Below are positions 27,681-40,984 of a stretch of 64,000 nt of DNA, piece by piece. Each line of letters opens with the position of its first letter. Position 1 is the stretch's first letter. The notes beneath the pieces were generated by a model. The model saw nothing but the letters and a program-made list of their open reading frames with translations. It was not told the origin of the DNA and made no database searches. The translations under genes and the position numbers were made by a program. Source of the DNA: Negaprion brevirostris. Lineage: Eukaryota. The DNA is taken from the NCBI GenBank assembly GCA_030324005.1, contig JARDVH010000179.1, positions 15,006,241 through 15,070,240 on the forward strand. Reading direction: 5' to 3'.

Positions 27681-30600
27681 TGTTATTCTATAAATTCACA
27701 CAATTTGGTCTTGAGGATCAGAGTTCAGTCTCCAGACTCAAATACTTTCATCTATTGTGCAAATCGGTGGGTATTGTCTACTCCTGGCCAGGTTCCCAGA
27801 TAGGGAAGGCTTTATCCTGGCAGATGAACAGGGAATGGCAAATAAGGACCGATAAATTGGAAAGATGAACTATATAAGGGCCCACAGACTTATTCATATC
27901 TCTTTCTCCTGCTGCTGCAGGAAGTGTGACAATAAAGTTGCTCAGCATGTCACTTAAGGCAGGAAGTCAAGGATGGCAAACTCAAATTTTTTTTATAACA
28001 AGAAATCTATGATTCAAATTTGAGAAACTGCATTAAAAGAATTGCCCAGAATCTTAAATGCCACAAAGATAAAGATATATGTATAATTATAGTTATCCTC
28101 CCTGTTAGTGTTTATGATTTACAACTGGTGTTTAGTAAAAGCATGTGGTGTAAAACACTTCCTCCTATCATATTCCGAATCGGAATAGTGGACCGGGTGT
28201 AGTAATTCTCCCTTTATAGTGTGGTGCGCAGAGATGATCCCAGTTCCTGGATGTTTCTGCTTTCAATCTGCGTTCCAATAAGTGGTGATGCAAAGATATG
28301 AGCAAAGAAACCTCTCACAGCGCTGTGTTGCATCTCCCTCTGTACAACACAGAGATTGAGATATCACAATCCATATTCTATCCCATTAGATTTCAGGGGC
28401 TTTTAACAGGAGCCCTGAGTCCAGCACTTCCCTATTTTCACTCACACAAACCCTATAATTTTCACCAAATTAGTAATTAGAAAGGAAAAATAAACAATTC
28501 AACAGCCATACGAGCGTTCCTAAAATGTTAACCCAAGCTGTAGGCAGGATTCTCCGCTCTCATCTGTGGCAGGACCTATTGCAAGCGAGAATGGAAAAAT
28601 TGGCATTCCAGCCAAAACTGCATTCACTTTCAGTAGCACTGGAAAATCCCAGCTGTCAACGAGGATGGAAGATTCTGGCTTATGTGTCACAGTACAGTCT
28701 TGGTCAGTTAAATTGCAGGTGAGACCTGCATTCCTTAGAGATACATCCAAAGCTGCTGCAAATAATGGCCTAGCCTCCCACCTACATTGCAAACTGACAG
28801 GATATTGCTAAATAATATTTTTAAAAAATCAGGTTTGCATTTGAGAAAAGAGATAGGCTATAGGCAGAGCATAATTTTCAAGATTTATATTGTACACTTA
28901 GAATTGTACTTGATCTATGATTTCATCAGTTGCCACATCTGTGGAGATTCAAGAAGGCAACTATAACAGTCAAGGCTTCAGCTTGTGTATCTTTGTCACA
29001 GTGCAGCTTGTGTAGCTGTGTCAGTGCAGGTAAAAACTAGGCTTGTTCACTGCATAATTAGAACTTCATNNNNNNNNNNNNNNTAGGTAGATTTTGCCTC
29101 TAAAGAACTGTAGAGTTACTGTCGAACTGAGGAATGAGCAAATAAACCAGCTAATTAGATACTTAAAGTTGTAAAGTATGGTAAAGGCCAGGGCTTAACT
29201 TGCCAAACTCACTGAAAAGTATGACTGATCCTGTTATATCTGACTGATTTATTTTTCTCGGTGTGGCTTTTGGTGGTAGCACTAAATTTATTACAACACT
29301 TAATAACCTAATTCTTCAAGTAAACTGTGCCAGAGAACTCCACTTACAAAGGTGGCAGCAGGACCAAACAACCCATGGATCCAGTAACTAGATGATCTCA
29401 GAAAAGTAGGGGCCCACAAGGCAAATGCCATCCCTGTCCACTTGTAAGGAAAAGAGTGGTATGGCCTGTTACAGCAGCTTTTTGCCGAAGTAACTTTTTA
29501 CTACTGTAAGAAACTGAACTATGAGTTGTATCTGCTGAAATTGTGTCCATGTGTTCTTTATAAATACATTTATAAATTTAGTATACAAAATCTTCTTTTC
29601 TAACGTTTTGTAAAGATTTCAGGATTTAACCAATCCATGGATGGACTACACCATCTTCACTTGCTGATTACACGTACCTGCCATATGCCAAATACAAAGG
29701 GATCTTGTTACATTCCTGTATTAAGACTCTCAAAGGAGCTTGGAGGAGGGAGTGGAGTCAATAATTACTGTAAATATGCTAGACTGTAATAATGTGCTTG
29801 GTGGACTGAGGCCTTTCTCACTCCAGTCTTTTTTGGTTCCTGTTGAATGTTCTTTCGATTTAATTTTGTTTCTTCATTCATAGTGACATCCTCTGCATGT
29901 AAAAGTCTTATAAATGACACTTTCCAGAATCTAAGGGAAAATTTAACTGCTCCAGTTAGGTAAACTGTTGGGGATTAATGAACCCAAACTGAATCATAAG
30001 AACCCTAATGTAGTTGGTCAAATTTATGTTCTAAGTAAATTACAAGTGCAACTGGGCAGTTTAACCCATGCACAAGTGCAATCTGGGAAATTGTCACAAG
30101 GAGAGGAAAATATGCAGACAGGGATTTTACAGATCACAGTGGATCTGTTCACTGGCTGGAAAGACATAAAGAACCTTACTTCAGTCATTTCTGGAAGCCC
30201 TGACCAGATTTTTCTAGGTTTTTGGGCTCTTATGCCATTAAGAGATGTGATCCTGTCCCCAAGAGTTGCCAGCCAATGACAGAGCTTTCAGATCTTAAAT
30301 TCCAGTAGCACCACCAAGAAAGATAGCCACGGCTGGGACTGTACCTGGCCCAGAGAAGTATCATGGATACTGCCCTGGATTCAAGGTAAGTAAAGTCTGG
30401 GTTGCCAGGCAAATTGGGCTACTCCTGGCGAGTGAGAACGGGAGGTGGTTGGTGAGTGTGAGGTATTGTTCCTGTGGGGTCAGCACATGTTGCTGAGGAT
30501 TTGGCCACAGGGTTCTCCATCTAGAGGTCATACCACCTCCAAGCCCCAAGGAGATCGCCAATCTATACCTGACAGTCTTCCCTCACGTTAGAGGGCCTAC

Positions 30601-31515
30601 CCGCTGCTTGATCCAATGAAATTAGGTTTCTCAGTTTTCATTTAATACAAATAGTCTTTTCCTTTTTCAATAAATTCTGAGGACAATTAGATATTGATTT
30701 GGGTGTTTAAACTGGTATGTTCAACCACAATTTTAAGCTACCTCATTGATTTTCAGCCATAAAAGCCTAGCCTTCCTGTTATCATAATTATTTGTCTCAT
30801 TTTATCCCCTCCTCCCCTGAAAAAGTTCCCAATTGTTGGGGTAAAATCCACATTGATTGTCCATGTTTAAGCGGTCATTTCTAATGTGTGTCTAGCTAGT
30901 AGACACTTCACTGTAGGCTCTTCAGCAAAGGTAAGTGAGAGGTATCACAGCTGAGCTACTTATCTTGGCCTCACTCTGGTTGTTATGTATTTTTTCTAGA
31001 CAGGACTCTGATTGTTGCCCTGGCAGAGGTTCAGCACAGGACTGTAAGTGAAGCTGGGCCTTTTCTGGCCTGTGTTTTTATGATGTTTTAAATTAATGAC
31101 ATGATTTTATAACATCCTGGAGCAAGGTCAGGCCTTGACAATACAATACAACTTTAAATTTTGCAGAATGAAGTTGAGATTAGGCATGTATTTTCAGTAC
31201 AAAACTGGCTCTAAACATTTTTTTCAAACAACGTAAGTTTATACAACAATGACTTTACTGAACAGTAATTGCTTCACAACTGACAAAACCAACAGGGTTC
31301 ACATATAACATCAGATGCTGGGGACAGACAAGGCTTGAATATTCCTGAGGAGCTTCAATTAGATAAAGAAGCACAAGAAAGATGAGGCTGATTCAAACTA
31401 TTTATTATTCAGCTGATGGGAGAGGCAGGAGGGGATTATATCTTGGACAGGATGTCAGTGATCAATCTATTTTCTCCACTGATGAATTTAGCAGCCATTC
31501 ATTGTATTTTAGTTT

Positions 31516-32040
31516 ATAGAATCCTTACACTGTAGCAAGGAAGGAGGCCATTTGACTCACTGGCCAGAATTTTACAGTCCCGTCCGTGATGGGAATCAGA
31601 ATGGGCGAGGGGCAGACATTGGAAAGGTCCATTGACCTTGGGCAGGATTTTAGTGTTTCAGAACGAGTAAGGCCGTAAGATCCTGCTCATTGAGTCTGCA
31701 CCAACTCTCCAAAAGAGCATTCCACCCAGACTATATAATCTCGCCCTCCCCGATTCCCCCACAAACCCCCAACCTCCCCCACAACCACCATCCTATCTCT
31801 GTAATCCCCATGCAATTACCATGGCTAATCCACCTAAACTACACATCCCTGGACACTAAGGGGTATTTTAGCATGTCCAATCCACCTAACCTCCACATCT
31901 TTGGACTGTGGGAGGAAACTGGAGCACCCAGAGGAAACCCACATAGACACAGGGAGAACATGCAAACTCCACAGAGGCAGTGATCCAAGACCAGAATTGA
32001 ACTCGGGTCCCTGACTAATCACTGTGTCATCGTGTCGCCC
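31516..32040 (-). mobile_element. HE1-type V-SINE with a MITE (about 31560-31689) inserted in its tail
   Basis: The SINE tail is split between ggccatttgactca and ttgagtctgcacc; the insert has imperfect inverted ends ggccagaattttac and gtaagatcctgctc. Confidence 0.7.
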
Positions 32041-32189
32041 TTTATTCAAAATCAATGCCTTCAAATGATTTCAGTTATTACTTCAGTGTTAAGTTGGCAC
32101 CTAAAGAGCCACCCACCAGAAAGGAGATGATATTTTCAAAGGCAGTTACTGTGAGCAGCTGAATAGAATCTAATTTGACCCAGGATAGG

Positions 32190-32590
32190 GGGAGATGTGG
32201 CATAGTGATAATATCACTGCACTAGTTCTACAGAGGCCCAAAGTAATGCTTTGGATTTGTAGGTTCAAATACCATCACAACAGTTGGGATGAGATGTGAA
32301 GGCCTGAGTGAAGATGCTCTAAGAATTGGTGCAGATCGATGGGTCGAATGGTCTTCTTCTGCACTGTAGGGATTCTATGAGAAACCCAATTAATGTCCTT
32401 TAGGGAAGGAAATCTACCATCCTTACCTGGTGTAGTTTACATTTGGCTTCAAACCCACAGCAATGTGGTTAACATTTAACTGCCCTTGGAAATGACCAAG
32501 CAAGTCACGCAGTTCAAGGGCAATTAGGGATGGGCAATAAATGCTGGCTCAACCAGCGACACCCATGTCCCATGGAAGAATTTTTAAAAA
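32190..32590 (+). mobile_element. tRNA-derived SINE containing an HE1/CR1-tail insert (about 32290-32380)
   Basis: Head tggcatagtgataatatcactg...ggttcaaatacc; 3' part as at 4020-4210. Confidence 0.7.
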
Positions 32591-33885
32591 TGCTAGATGC
32601 TTAATAGGTGCAACATTTACTTTATGTACTGGGAACTAATGGGATAAATAAGGACAGTGACTTAAACGGACACACAATATGGTATTGGAGGGCCACCATC
32701 AGGGAACTGAGCTCCTGATCCAGAAATTGGAGAGTTTCTAATCTACCCATGTCTGAGAACAGGCCCCTGGTTATACTTGTAATTAATAATCTANNNNNNN
32801 NNNNNNNNNNNNNNNNNNNNNNNNNNNNNNNNNNNNNNNNNNNNNNNNNNNNNNNNNNNNNNNNNNNNNNNNNNNNNNNNNNNNNNNNNNNNNAATAATC
32901 TATAATTGTCCCCTTTTCCAGGTGTACGATGACTAGCTTCCATTATCCTACTCCCTCTTTTCAGTCAGGATGACAATGAGTTCACTCCTGCACAGTAACC
33001 AGGAGTCACTGGCAAAAACGTTCTCCAATAGAATCAACACTGACGGTACTCAGTCACTCAGGACTTCACTCAGCAAGAAGCTTGCCTAGTGATGACAAAC
33101 TGACTAGATTGATCAATTTTGGTCTGGGATTCTGGTTCTCTCATTTATCCTGTTACAAGAGAATGTTGAAAAGCAAGGTCATTAGTACTTTTCTAAAACC
33201 TTAGCTAAGTAGTTTGCATCTCATGTTCAATATGTTCAAGAATGAAAATCTCTCCCCACTCACACTTACGATAACTGGGCTCAGAAGTGATCCAAAAGTC
33301 ATAGTTAAAGGACTGATAAGTGTTGGTGAGTGACAATATTAACTTTATCTCATAGTCATGAATATATCCTGTGACTTTGGCTTTTAGGTGCATTCTTATT
33401 CCTGTTACAATGTTGTGACCACATGCAATTGCTATGCCATGTGAGGAGTATATTTTTTTCCAGGAAACTCATCAGAGGCAAGAGAAATTGCACTATCTCT
33501 GTTAATACCCAGATTTCATACACACTGACAATTTAATTAAATACATATCATCTATATTAAAGTCATGAAGGTAGATGAAGTGAATTGCTATCAGTGATTA
33601 GGAACAGGAGGAAACTCTAGCAACATTACTGTGGTTCGCCCATTATGACAGACAGGCATCCAGACAACCGCCTGAAAAATGGAGCTCATAGGATAGTCAG
33701 TCTAGAAGTTCAGTCAAAGACTTCTTTTTTTCCCAAAACCAATCAGGTGGCCTCTCTGCAGCTGAGTAATTCTGGAACCAGTTTTATCGGATCTCCAACA
33801 GATCACAAACAGCTGGCCTGTCAGCAGGGAGCATACATATTGAACTCAGCAGCATGGTGTATGTAGATAGACGTCTGCATGGGAA

Positions 33886-34005
33886 GTGGGAATTTTCCCG
33901 TCCCAAGCACCACAGGAATTGTAGTGAGTGGGGGAAGGTGGGCCTTGCAAAAGCCCATTGATGGTTTTCCGGTCTTGGGGTGAACACGGCCGGAAAATCC
34001 CACCC
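33886..34005. mobile_element. Short MITE-like element
   Basis: Inverted ends gtgggaattttccc and cggaaaatcccac; related to inserts at 16216-16422 and 31560-31689. Confidence 0.5.
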
Positions 34006-34479
34006 ATGATGTTAGAAACTTAAATGTTTTAAATGTTTACTTAGGCCATGTGGAATTTAGGCTTACAAGTCAGAAACTCTCATTCAGATTGCACCGTCAT
34101 TGGAAGGTTTCCATACAGGTGCTAGAGATGTTTCTAAAATGTTTAAAAAGAATAATTTCCACGTGGGCTGTATGGATAGAATGGCAGTTTGGTGATATCT
34201 TATTAAAACCAATCATCCAGCTCTTCTCCATTGGATCTGAACTTGGATACATGGCTGACTCATACCAGCCTGTCACTAACCTCCAGAACAAAAAAAAATG
34301 AATTCAAAACGAACATTTTAACACTAATTTTAATGTGAGCAGTGAACCCATTGTTGTGTATGCACACTGCTTCTGACCACAATTCAGATGTAGCTAATAG
34401 TTCTCATTTCCAATTCCCTCAGATGCCACCCTGTGGTACAGAAGTTTAAGGAAGGAGGCTTGCTAAGGATAGATGCTTA

Positions 34480-34611
<132 letters not shown>

Positions 34612-35265
34612 TTATGTAAAAATTGAAGAAGCATGAACTGGGGTGCTGCAGTAATCAACTACATATTATTAACTGTTTAATAGTTAACTGAAGGAGTGGA
34701 GACCCATATTCTGCGACACAAAAGTAAGATGCAGGATTCATAATGTAGCAAATTGTCAATCTTAGCAGTGACACCAGTTCCATGCTGATATCATTATAAG
34801 TTAAAGCAGCAGTGAATGCGAATGAAGAACCACTCAGTCCTGCTTGTTACTTAGATCATCTACAATCTACTCTAATGTCGATGCTACACACATTAAACCT
34901 ATTCAGGGAACGGGAATATTCTCTAATCCTCAGTGATATCAAACAACTCCAGAATATTCATCCAACCCCATTTTACAGAATCACAGAATGGTTACAACAC
35001 AGAGGCAATGATTTTTGAACTGATAGAGACATTAATTACAAAAAGCTAATTTGACTGACAACTGTGGAGCAATAATAAACTAAAAAAGCTGAGAATACAT
35101 AACCAGTAATCAGGATCTTTAGCAGGATGTTTCATCTCATGCTTTTGGTGTGAAGGGTGCATATTCAGAACAGATAGAGACATACTTTGTGTATATCCAA
35201 CACTTTCTGTTTTCAGGTTATTAAATCATGAGATTGACAAGAAACAGGATGCATTCGATACTTAC

Positions 35266-35416
35266 CAGGAAGGAACAGAAGAAAATGAAGGAGACAAAAT
35301 AGAAATAGGCAAACTCATTGCCACATTCGTTTCCTGCGATGCCAGATTTTGGATCACATGGTTTGCCACCCAAACATGATAACATGATACTATGCCATGC
35401 CTCTCCTGTTGCACTC
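35266..35416 (-). CDS. CACNA1A: Exon 35 (151 nt): [50 protein letters not shown] (repeat IV selectivity-filter Glu, IVS6)
   Basis: Acceptor tatttcag, donor CTG|gtaagt; TGEAW pore motif; seen in ORF 35221..35493. Confidence 0.97.
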
Positions 35417-36049
35417 CTGAAATACACATACAATCTTGTTACAGTAACGGCAGTCAAGGAAGGCAGATGAAAACCAATAGGAAATTCACACACTTCCTTT
35501 AATAATTCACCTGAAAGACATCAATTTGATAAAAGCCCCAGTATAGGTGATTCTCAATTCTGGGTAAAATATGAGGCTGTGTCCAGACTCATTGGGTCAG
35601 AGATACCTCCTCAAATTGTGCACTGGTTTTCGATAACGTACTTAGTAACAGAAAAAAATCATCCTGTCTGAGTCCTTCTCTGTGATGGCTCAGTGGGCTT
35701 GCTGTCATACTGAGCTCTACAAATCAGAAAATATCAGTTTCAATCTCTGGCCTAGCCAGGGAAGAATCAGGGAGCATGGGAAAGAGTGGTGCCTTCATTA
35801 GCTAGGGAAACAAGGAACTGGATTTGCCAATATTCATGCTATTAATCATTACACAGTGATCGTTGCTGAAAAGTGCATGCGTCTCCATGGCAGGTGAGAA
35901 TTGGAGTCGGCTGTGGTACCTTCTGTACTTTGATAGCTTGCTGACAAACATTACTTAGGCTGCAGGGGAAGAAGTGTCTGGTATCTATGGAACCTTATTA
36001 AAAGATATCAAAAGAAATTAAGAGGCAAATAAAGTTGATGGTTTTTTAC

Positions 36050-36147
36050 CGGAAGAGGAGTATCAGGGCTTGGAAGAATGTTCTGAAGTTGTTGTGGTGA
36101 TTAATTTCACTATCTTCATCATCATCAATTGCAATATTTCCAAATAC
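36050..36147 (-). CDS. CACNA1A: Exon 34 (98 nt): [33 protein letters not shown] (IV extracellular loop and pore helix)
   Basis: Acceptor ttttattttgcag, donor CCG|gtaaaa, phase 0-2; HNNFRTF motif. Confidence 0.95.
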
Positions 36148-36392
36148 CTGCAAAATAAAATGAGGCTATTTCAATTCCAAGTTCACTTTATTGTCCATAC
36201 AGAAATTTATTTCAGTGCATTACTCATTTATTAAAAATTGCATACAAGTGAATAACAATAAAAGAAAGAAAATCACCCAAAGACGTCTAACTTTAAATCA
36301 AATATCTATTCAAAACTGCATTAAAATGATCAGCCAACATTCCCATCCACACATCAAACTAAGTTCTTACAGAGAAGAGCACATTGAATTCA

Positions 36393-36697
36393 GGTGGTAG
36401 GGTGGCACAGTGATTAGCACTGCTGCCTTACAGTGCCAGGGACCTGGGTTCGATTCCCAGCTTGGATCACTGTCTGTGTGGAGTCTGCATGTTCCCACCA
36501 TGTCTGCGTGGGTTTCCTCCCACAGTCCAAAGATGTGTGGGTTAGGTGATTTGGCCATGCTAAATTGACCCTTAATGTCAGGGGGACTAGCTAGGATAAA
36601 TGTATAGGCTTATGGGGGATAGGGCCTGGGTGGGAGTGTGGTCGGTGCAGACTCAATGGGCCAAATGGCCTCCTTCTGCACTGTAGGGATTCTATGA
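36393..36697 (+). mobile_element. HE1-type V-SINE, full length
   Basis: ggtggcacagtgattagcactgctgcc...gggttcgattccc...gccatgctaaattg...ctgcactgtagggattctatga. Confidence 0.85.
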
Positions 36698-36829
36698 ATT
36701 GATTTGTCCTGTATCTGAGGGATTGTAGCCTTTCAACTGAACACAGCCATCAGTAATACTGAAAGAAGGGATGATTCTCATTGTTCATGACACCACTTTT
36801 ATCAAGAAAAATCTGCTTATTAAATATCC

Positions 36830-37650
36830 TTCTTACCTGGTTCAATAATCTTTGTACCTTTAAAGTGTCTATTTTCAGAAGGCAACAGCACCAGAAAAAT
36901 AGCACTCTCAAGATCTACTTGAAATGTTTTTAATTTTCTGAATAGTATAATCATGTATGTTCCTTGGCCATCACATCTGTATATTCTTCCCTCCAATTCA
37001 ACTTATAATCTACTTTGACATCTAGAAACTTGTGTTAATAGCTATTTCAATGTCCACATCATGAATCTTCACAGGAACAATATCATTAGCTACTTTTTTC
37101 CTAAAATCTATAACTAATTTCATCTTGTTTTCGTTCAGAACATTTTACAACCCCCTCCATCAAATTCCTGGTTTCCTTCACTATTCCCTATGAGACCCAC
37201 AAGTTCCGTATTATCAGCACACTTTTGGATTGTTATGTACTTTGACTGACAATCATTCATATAGAGAATGAAAAATAAAGGTACACAACCCTGAGGAGAT
37301 CCAGTGTTAGTTAACATAGGCTTCCAGAAACTCTCCCCCGTTGTCATGTTATGAAGTAAATCATTGTTTCAAAATATGAAGTAGGATTGATATCAATGTT
37401 TTTAAATTTTTCAATAAGCTGGAATGGTTATGGAGTATGAAAACTTGAAGAGAAAACAACAAAGGTAGCAAAAGCATAGTTGCCTAATCTATCCCCTGGT
37501 ATCAGATAGAGCAAGATCAGAATAGCATCAACCACTGACTTATGACGACATTGATAAGCAAACTGATCAATATGTGGAACAAGAGGATCAAAAGGACAAC
37601 TTTTACTATGCGCTCAAAGCAATTCATGACTATTGATGTAAGAGCAACTG
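36830..37650 (-). mobile_element. Ancient Rex1/Babar-like LINE reverse-transcriptase remnant
   Basis: ORF 37135..37347 contains NTGSPQGCV.PLFFILYMNDC and KCADNTELVGLI, degenerate PQG and (Y/F)ADD RT motifs. Confidence 0.6.
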
Positions 37651-38202
37651 GTTGGTATTCTGAAGTTGAGATATCTTGATTATTGTGTCCACACAAGTAC
37701 TCTGCTCACAGAGAGAAAAAGAAAAATATAATGAAAACTTAGCAGCAAGGAACAGCTCCAGAACTTGTATGTTTTGTTGTAAAAGATTGTAACCTTTTTC
37801 TGCGTCTGCTGAATGCAAGTGAGATTGGAAGGGCATAGATTTTCCACTGAACTACATCTTTTCAGGACCACAACAGAACCTGTTAGAATTCCAAGTTTTT
37901 TAAATGGATAAAGTTAACAATATGGCTGGCAAGGTTAAAAAGAACAGGGAAGAATCAGTTAAATTGGATGGCAAATTTGGGTTTTAAAAACCTGTAGATT
38001 ATAGTTGGAAAGGAAGACTGAGTGAGGGACGAGAAAAGTTCTGGGAAATAATGAGTTAGAAGTTATAGTTACTTCTAATTAAAATCTTGATTTTAAAACA
38101 GTGAGGATGTAGAAAGAAGATTCTGTTGTACGCGTGGAACCAGAATAACATATCAGTGTTTGGCAAAATGGTGTCAATGTTTTTCAATAATCAAACATAA
38201 AA

Positions 38203-38229
38203 GTGTGTGTGTGTGTGTGTGTATGTGTG
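38203..38229 (+). repeat. (GT)n microsatellite
   Basis: gtgtgtgtgtgtgtgtgtgtatgtgtg. Confidence 0.9.
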
Positions 38230-38239
38230 CCATTCATAG

Positions 38240-38990
38240 GAGGAGAGAAGTGATCCCCTTTGAGTGAGCCCTTTCAGCCTGCTCCACCACTCATTATCTT
38301 GGCTGGTCATTCAACTCAATAGCCTGATCCCACCTTCTCCCCATATCCTTTCACCCCCTTCATCCCAAGTGCTACATCTAACTCCTTCTTGAAAATATAC
38401 AATGTTTTGGCTTCAACAGATTTCTGTAGTAGCAAATTCCAGAATATTACCACTTGCTGCATGAAGAAATTTCTCCTCATCTCAGTCCTAAAAGGTTTAC
38501 CTCGTTTCCTTCAACTATGGCCCCACATCATCAGGAACATCCTTCCTGCATCCACTCTGTCTAGCCGTGTTAGAATTTTATGGGTTTTTATGGGATTTCT
38601 GTATTTTGTTCTTGTCCTTGATTCCTCCTGCTTTGACTCCTTGCAGAGGTCCCCACCCCCCTGCTATTTTAGTTTAAATTCTCCTCAACCACTCAGCAAA
38701 TACTTCCCAAGGACATCAGTCCTGGTCCTGCCCAAGTGTAACCCATCCAGTTTGTACTGGTCCCACCTCCCTCAGAATGGATGCCAATGTCCCAGGAATC
38801 TGAAACCCTCACACCATCTATTCAGCCATATATTCATCCTATATATCCTGCTATTCCTGCTCTGACTAGCAAGTGGCACAGGAAGTATTCTTCAGATAAC
38901 TACCTTTGAGGTCCTACTTTTCAACTTACTTCCTAACTATATTCTGCTTTTAGGACTTCATCCTTTTTAACATGAGTCATTTGTGCCAGG
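38240..38990 (-). mobile_element. CR1 LINE fragments (3' tail joined to an upstream portion)
   Basis: cagcctgctccacc...ccccatatccttt...gaagaaatttctcctcatctcagtcctaaa tail followed by a further CR1-like segment; explains ORF 38389..38865. Confidence 0.6.
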
Positions 38991-39088
38991 ACCATAGGAA
39001 CACAGCTAATATTATGCTTCAACTCCACTATGCTGCCTGATCCCTATGTTCCTCGATTCCCCATAAGACCAGAAAACTTGGGCATAGT

Positions 39089-39250
39089 CCATCCATGTAG
39101 ACTAACCCATCCCTGTAATCCAGCCCATTCATGTAGACTAGTCCGTCCCTATACTCCAGCCCATCTACATAAACGGGCCCATCCCCGCACTCCGGCTCAG
39201 GCCTGTAGATGAGCTCATGCCTGAAATCTAGACAATCGCTGTAGTCTAAC
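39089..39250 (+). repeat. Degenerate 18-bp tandem repeat, about 9 units, with A/B (36-bp) alternation
   Basis: ccatccatgtagactaac / ccatccctgtaatccagc / ccattcatgtagactagt / ccgtccctatactccagc / ccatctacataaacgggc / ccatccccgcactccggc ... Confidence 0.8.
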
Positions 39251-40079
39251 CCAAACCAAGTCTACCCCAGTAGTTGTGCAATGCTGCCTTTACCTTTTGG
39301 CAAAAGGAACTACACAAGTTTGATGTTCAGCTATATATCTACATTGAGCCACTAGATGGAAACAGCACACTGGAAACTACACCACAACCATGTCCACAAA
39401 ACTAGGTAGGAGAGTTCACTCTTCATTTCAATCACTGGAAATCACCAAAAATAGCTGCTCAACAGGGTCTGGGTATTGACATGATTTCTTTTGCCCCATT
39501 TTTATTTATTGAATCTTATTTGCTAGCAGCTTACTCAAAGATATAAGGAGGTGTAATATCTCAGAAGGAACTATTTAAAAAAGAAAGAAAATTGTTAATA
39601 GGTTACTCTAATTCTATCACTGCATCATTTTCAACGAATCAATTATTTTTATTTCTAATGATATTGATTTATTGGAGTTACTTACTGATTGAGGTTACCT
39701 AATTAGGATCAGGTTTGTAACTGTGGGCTCTACCCACTGGAAACTGAAATGACACTCCCCCTGTCCCATTTCAAGTACAAGTTGTGCAGAACTTGTACCT
39801 GAAGCTACATTCAGTCTGGTTTGGATTTTTCAATTGTTATATATATATTATGATTTTTCAAATCAGCATGTTGAGACTTCCTGTTTGTTTTGGAATACTT
39901 CATTGTCTTTCCTCACTAATCAGTTCCCTCTCTCTCCTCTGATTAGACTGCTTCAGTTGGCCAGCTAACTACCACCTTGGTGCATGTTGGCAACACTACG
40001 GCTTGTTTGATTCCAGATGTCCTGAACAGAGTTAGAAGACAGTTCTCAAATCAGTTTCCTCCCTTTCTCCCACATATCT

Positions 40080-40340
40080 GCATTGCTGAAAGAGAGAGAC
40101 ATGCTGCCAAAGCTTTTCATCTTGCACTCATCAGGACAAATTCACAAGAATACCAAACTTGAAGGAAACAACAATTTATACTGCATGAGAAGAGGGTGCC
40201 GATTGTTTGGCAAGTGAATTCTAATTGGTAGAGGAGTTGCCAAGGAAAATGAACCAGAGAACAGTTTGCTGGCAAGCTTTTGTTCAATTTCAAATCAGGC
40301 AGGTCGACCCTGATTGATCAAGACATTGCCATGGGGAGTG
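40080..40340 (-). mobile_element. Penelope-like terminal fragment carrying a hammerhead motif
   Basis: Homologous to 4780-4950 in the opposite orientation. Confidence 0.6.
40105..40138 (-). ncRNA. Minimal hammerhead ribozyme motif (second family), sense to the CACNA1A pre-mRNA
   Basis: tgtc CTGATGA G tgcaaga T GAAA AGCTT T ggca: core intact, stem I UGUC/GGCA, palindromic AAGCTT. Confidence 0.6.
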
Positions 40341-40684
40341 TTGTTTATTCCAATAGAAAAACATGTTATGTGAATGTCAGTGAGATTCAGTTTGGACTCT
40401 GTTCTTGTTGGTNNNNNNNNNNCACCTCTACATGTCATTCAATTAAGTTACTATAAATTAATTATAACAAGGAATCACCATCATGTGATCCATGTAATAC
40501 ATTAATTAACATGAACCAATTACATTGAATGGAATGTCTTTTTATTCATGAAAGTTTTAAACATAATCTAGAAATAAAATCTCACATTCAACATTCTAAA
40601 AGAACATTCCGTTTATGATCTTGCCAAATTAACTTATATTAAATAGAAAGGAATGTTCAGGGCAATAGTTGTTCAAAATGCCAA

Positions 40685-40900
40685 CTTGGTTTAATTGGTA
40701 CACTCCTGCCACTGAGTCAGAAGTCCATGGGTTCAAGTCTTGAATCCAGGACTTGGCACACGATATCAGCTGACAGCCCAATGCATTACTGAGGCAATCA
40801 AAGAGCCATCCTCCAGATAGAAATTAAATGAAGGACATATCTGCTTCCTATTACACTATTCGGAGAAGAGCAACTAAAGCCACCAAGAAATGGGTGATCT
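40685..40900 (+). mobile_element. Deu-domain SINE (SacSINE1-like), 5' part
   Basis: ctgagtcagaagtccatgggttcaagtc head, then cagctgacagcccaatgcattactgagg...gccatcctccagatagaaattaaa. Confidence 0.55.
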
Positions 40901-40984
40901 CATCATTCATCTCATCTCCACTTGTATGCAAAATGGCAATCATTGGGTTTTTCATGTATATGTGATGGATAGATCTTGTTAACC

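Noticed and set aside
36393-36470. tRNA gene
   Set aside because: The A and B boxes belong to a SINE head that continues into the V-domain; no complete cloverleaf.
39089-39250. CRISPR-like array
   Set aside because: Eukaryotic intron, contiguous degenerate units, no unique spacers and no cas genes.
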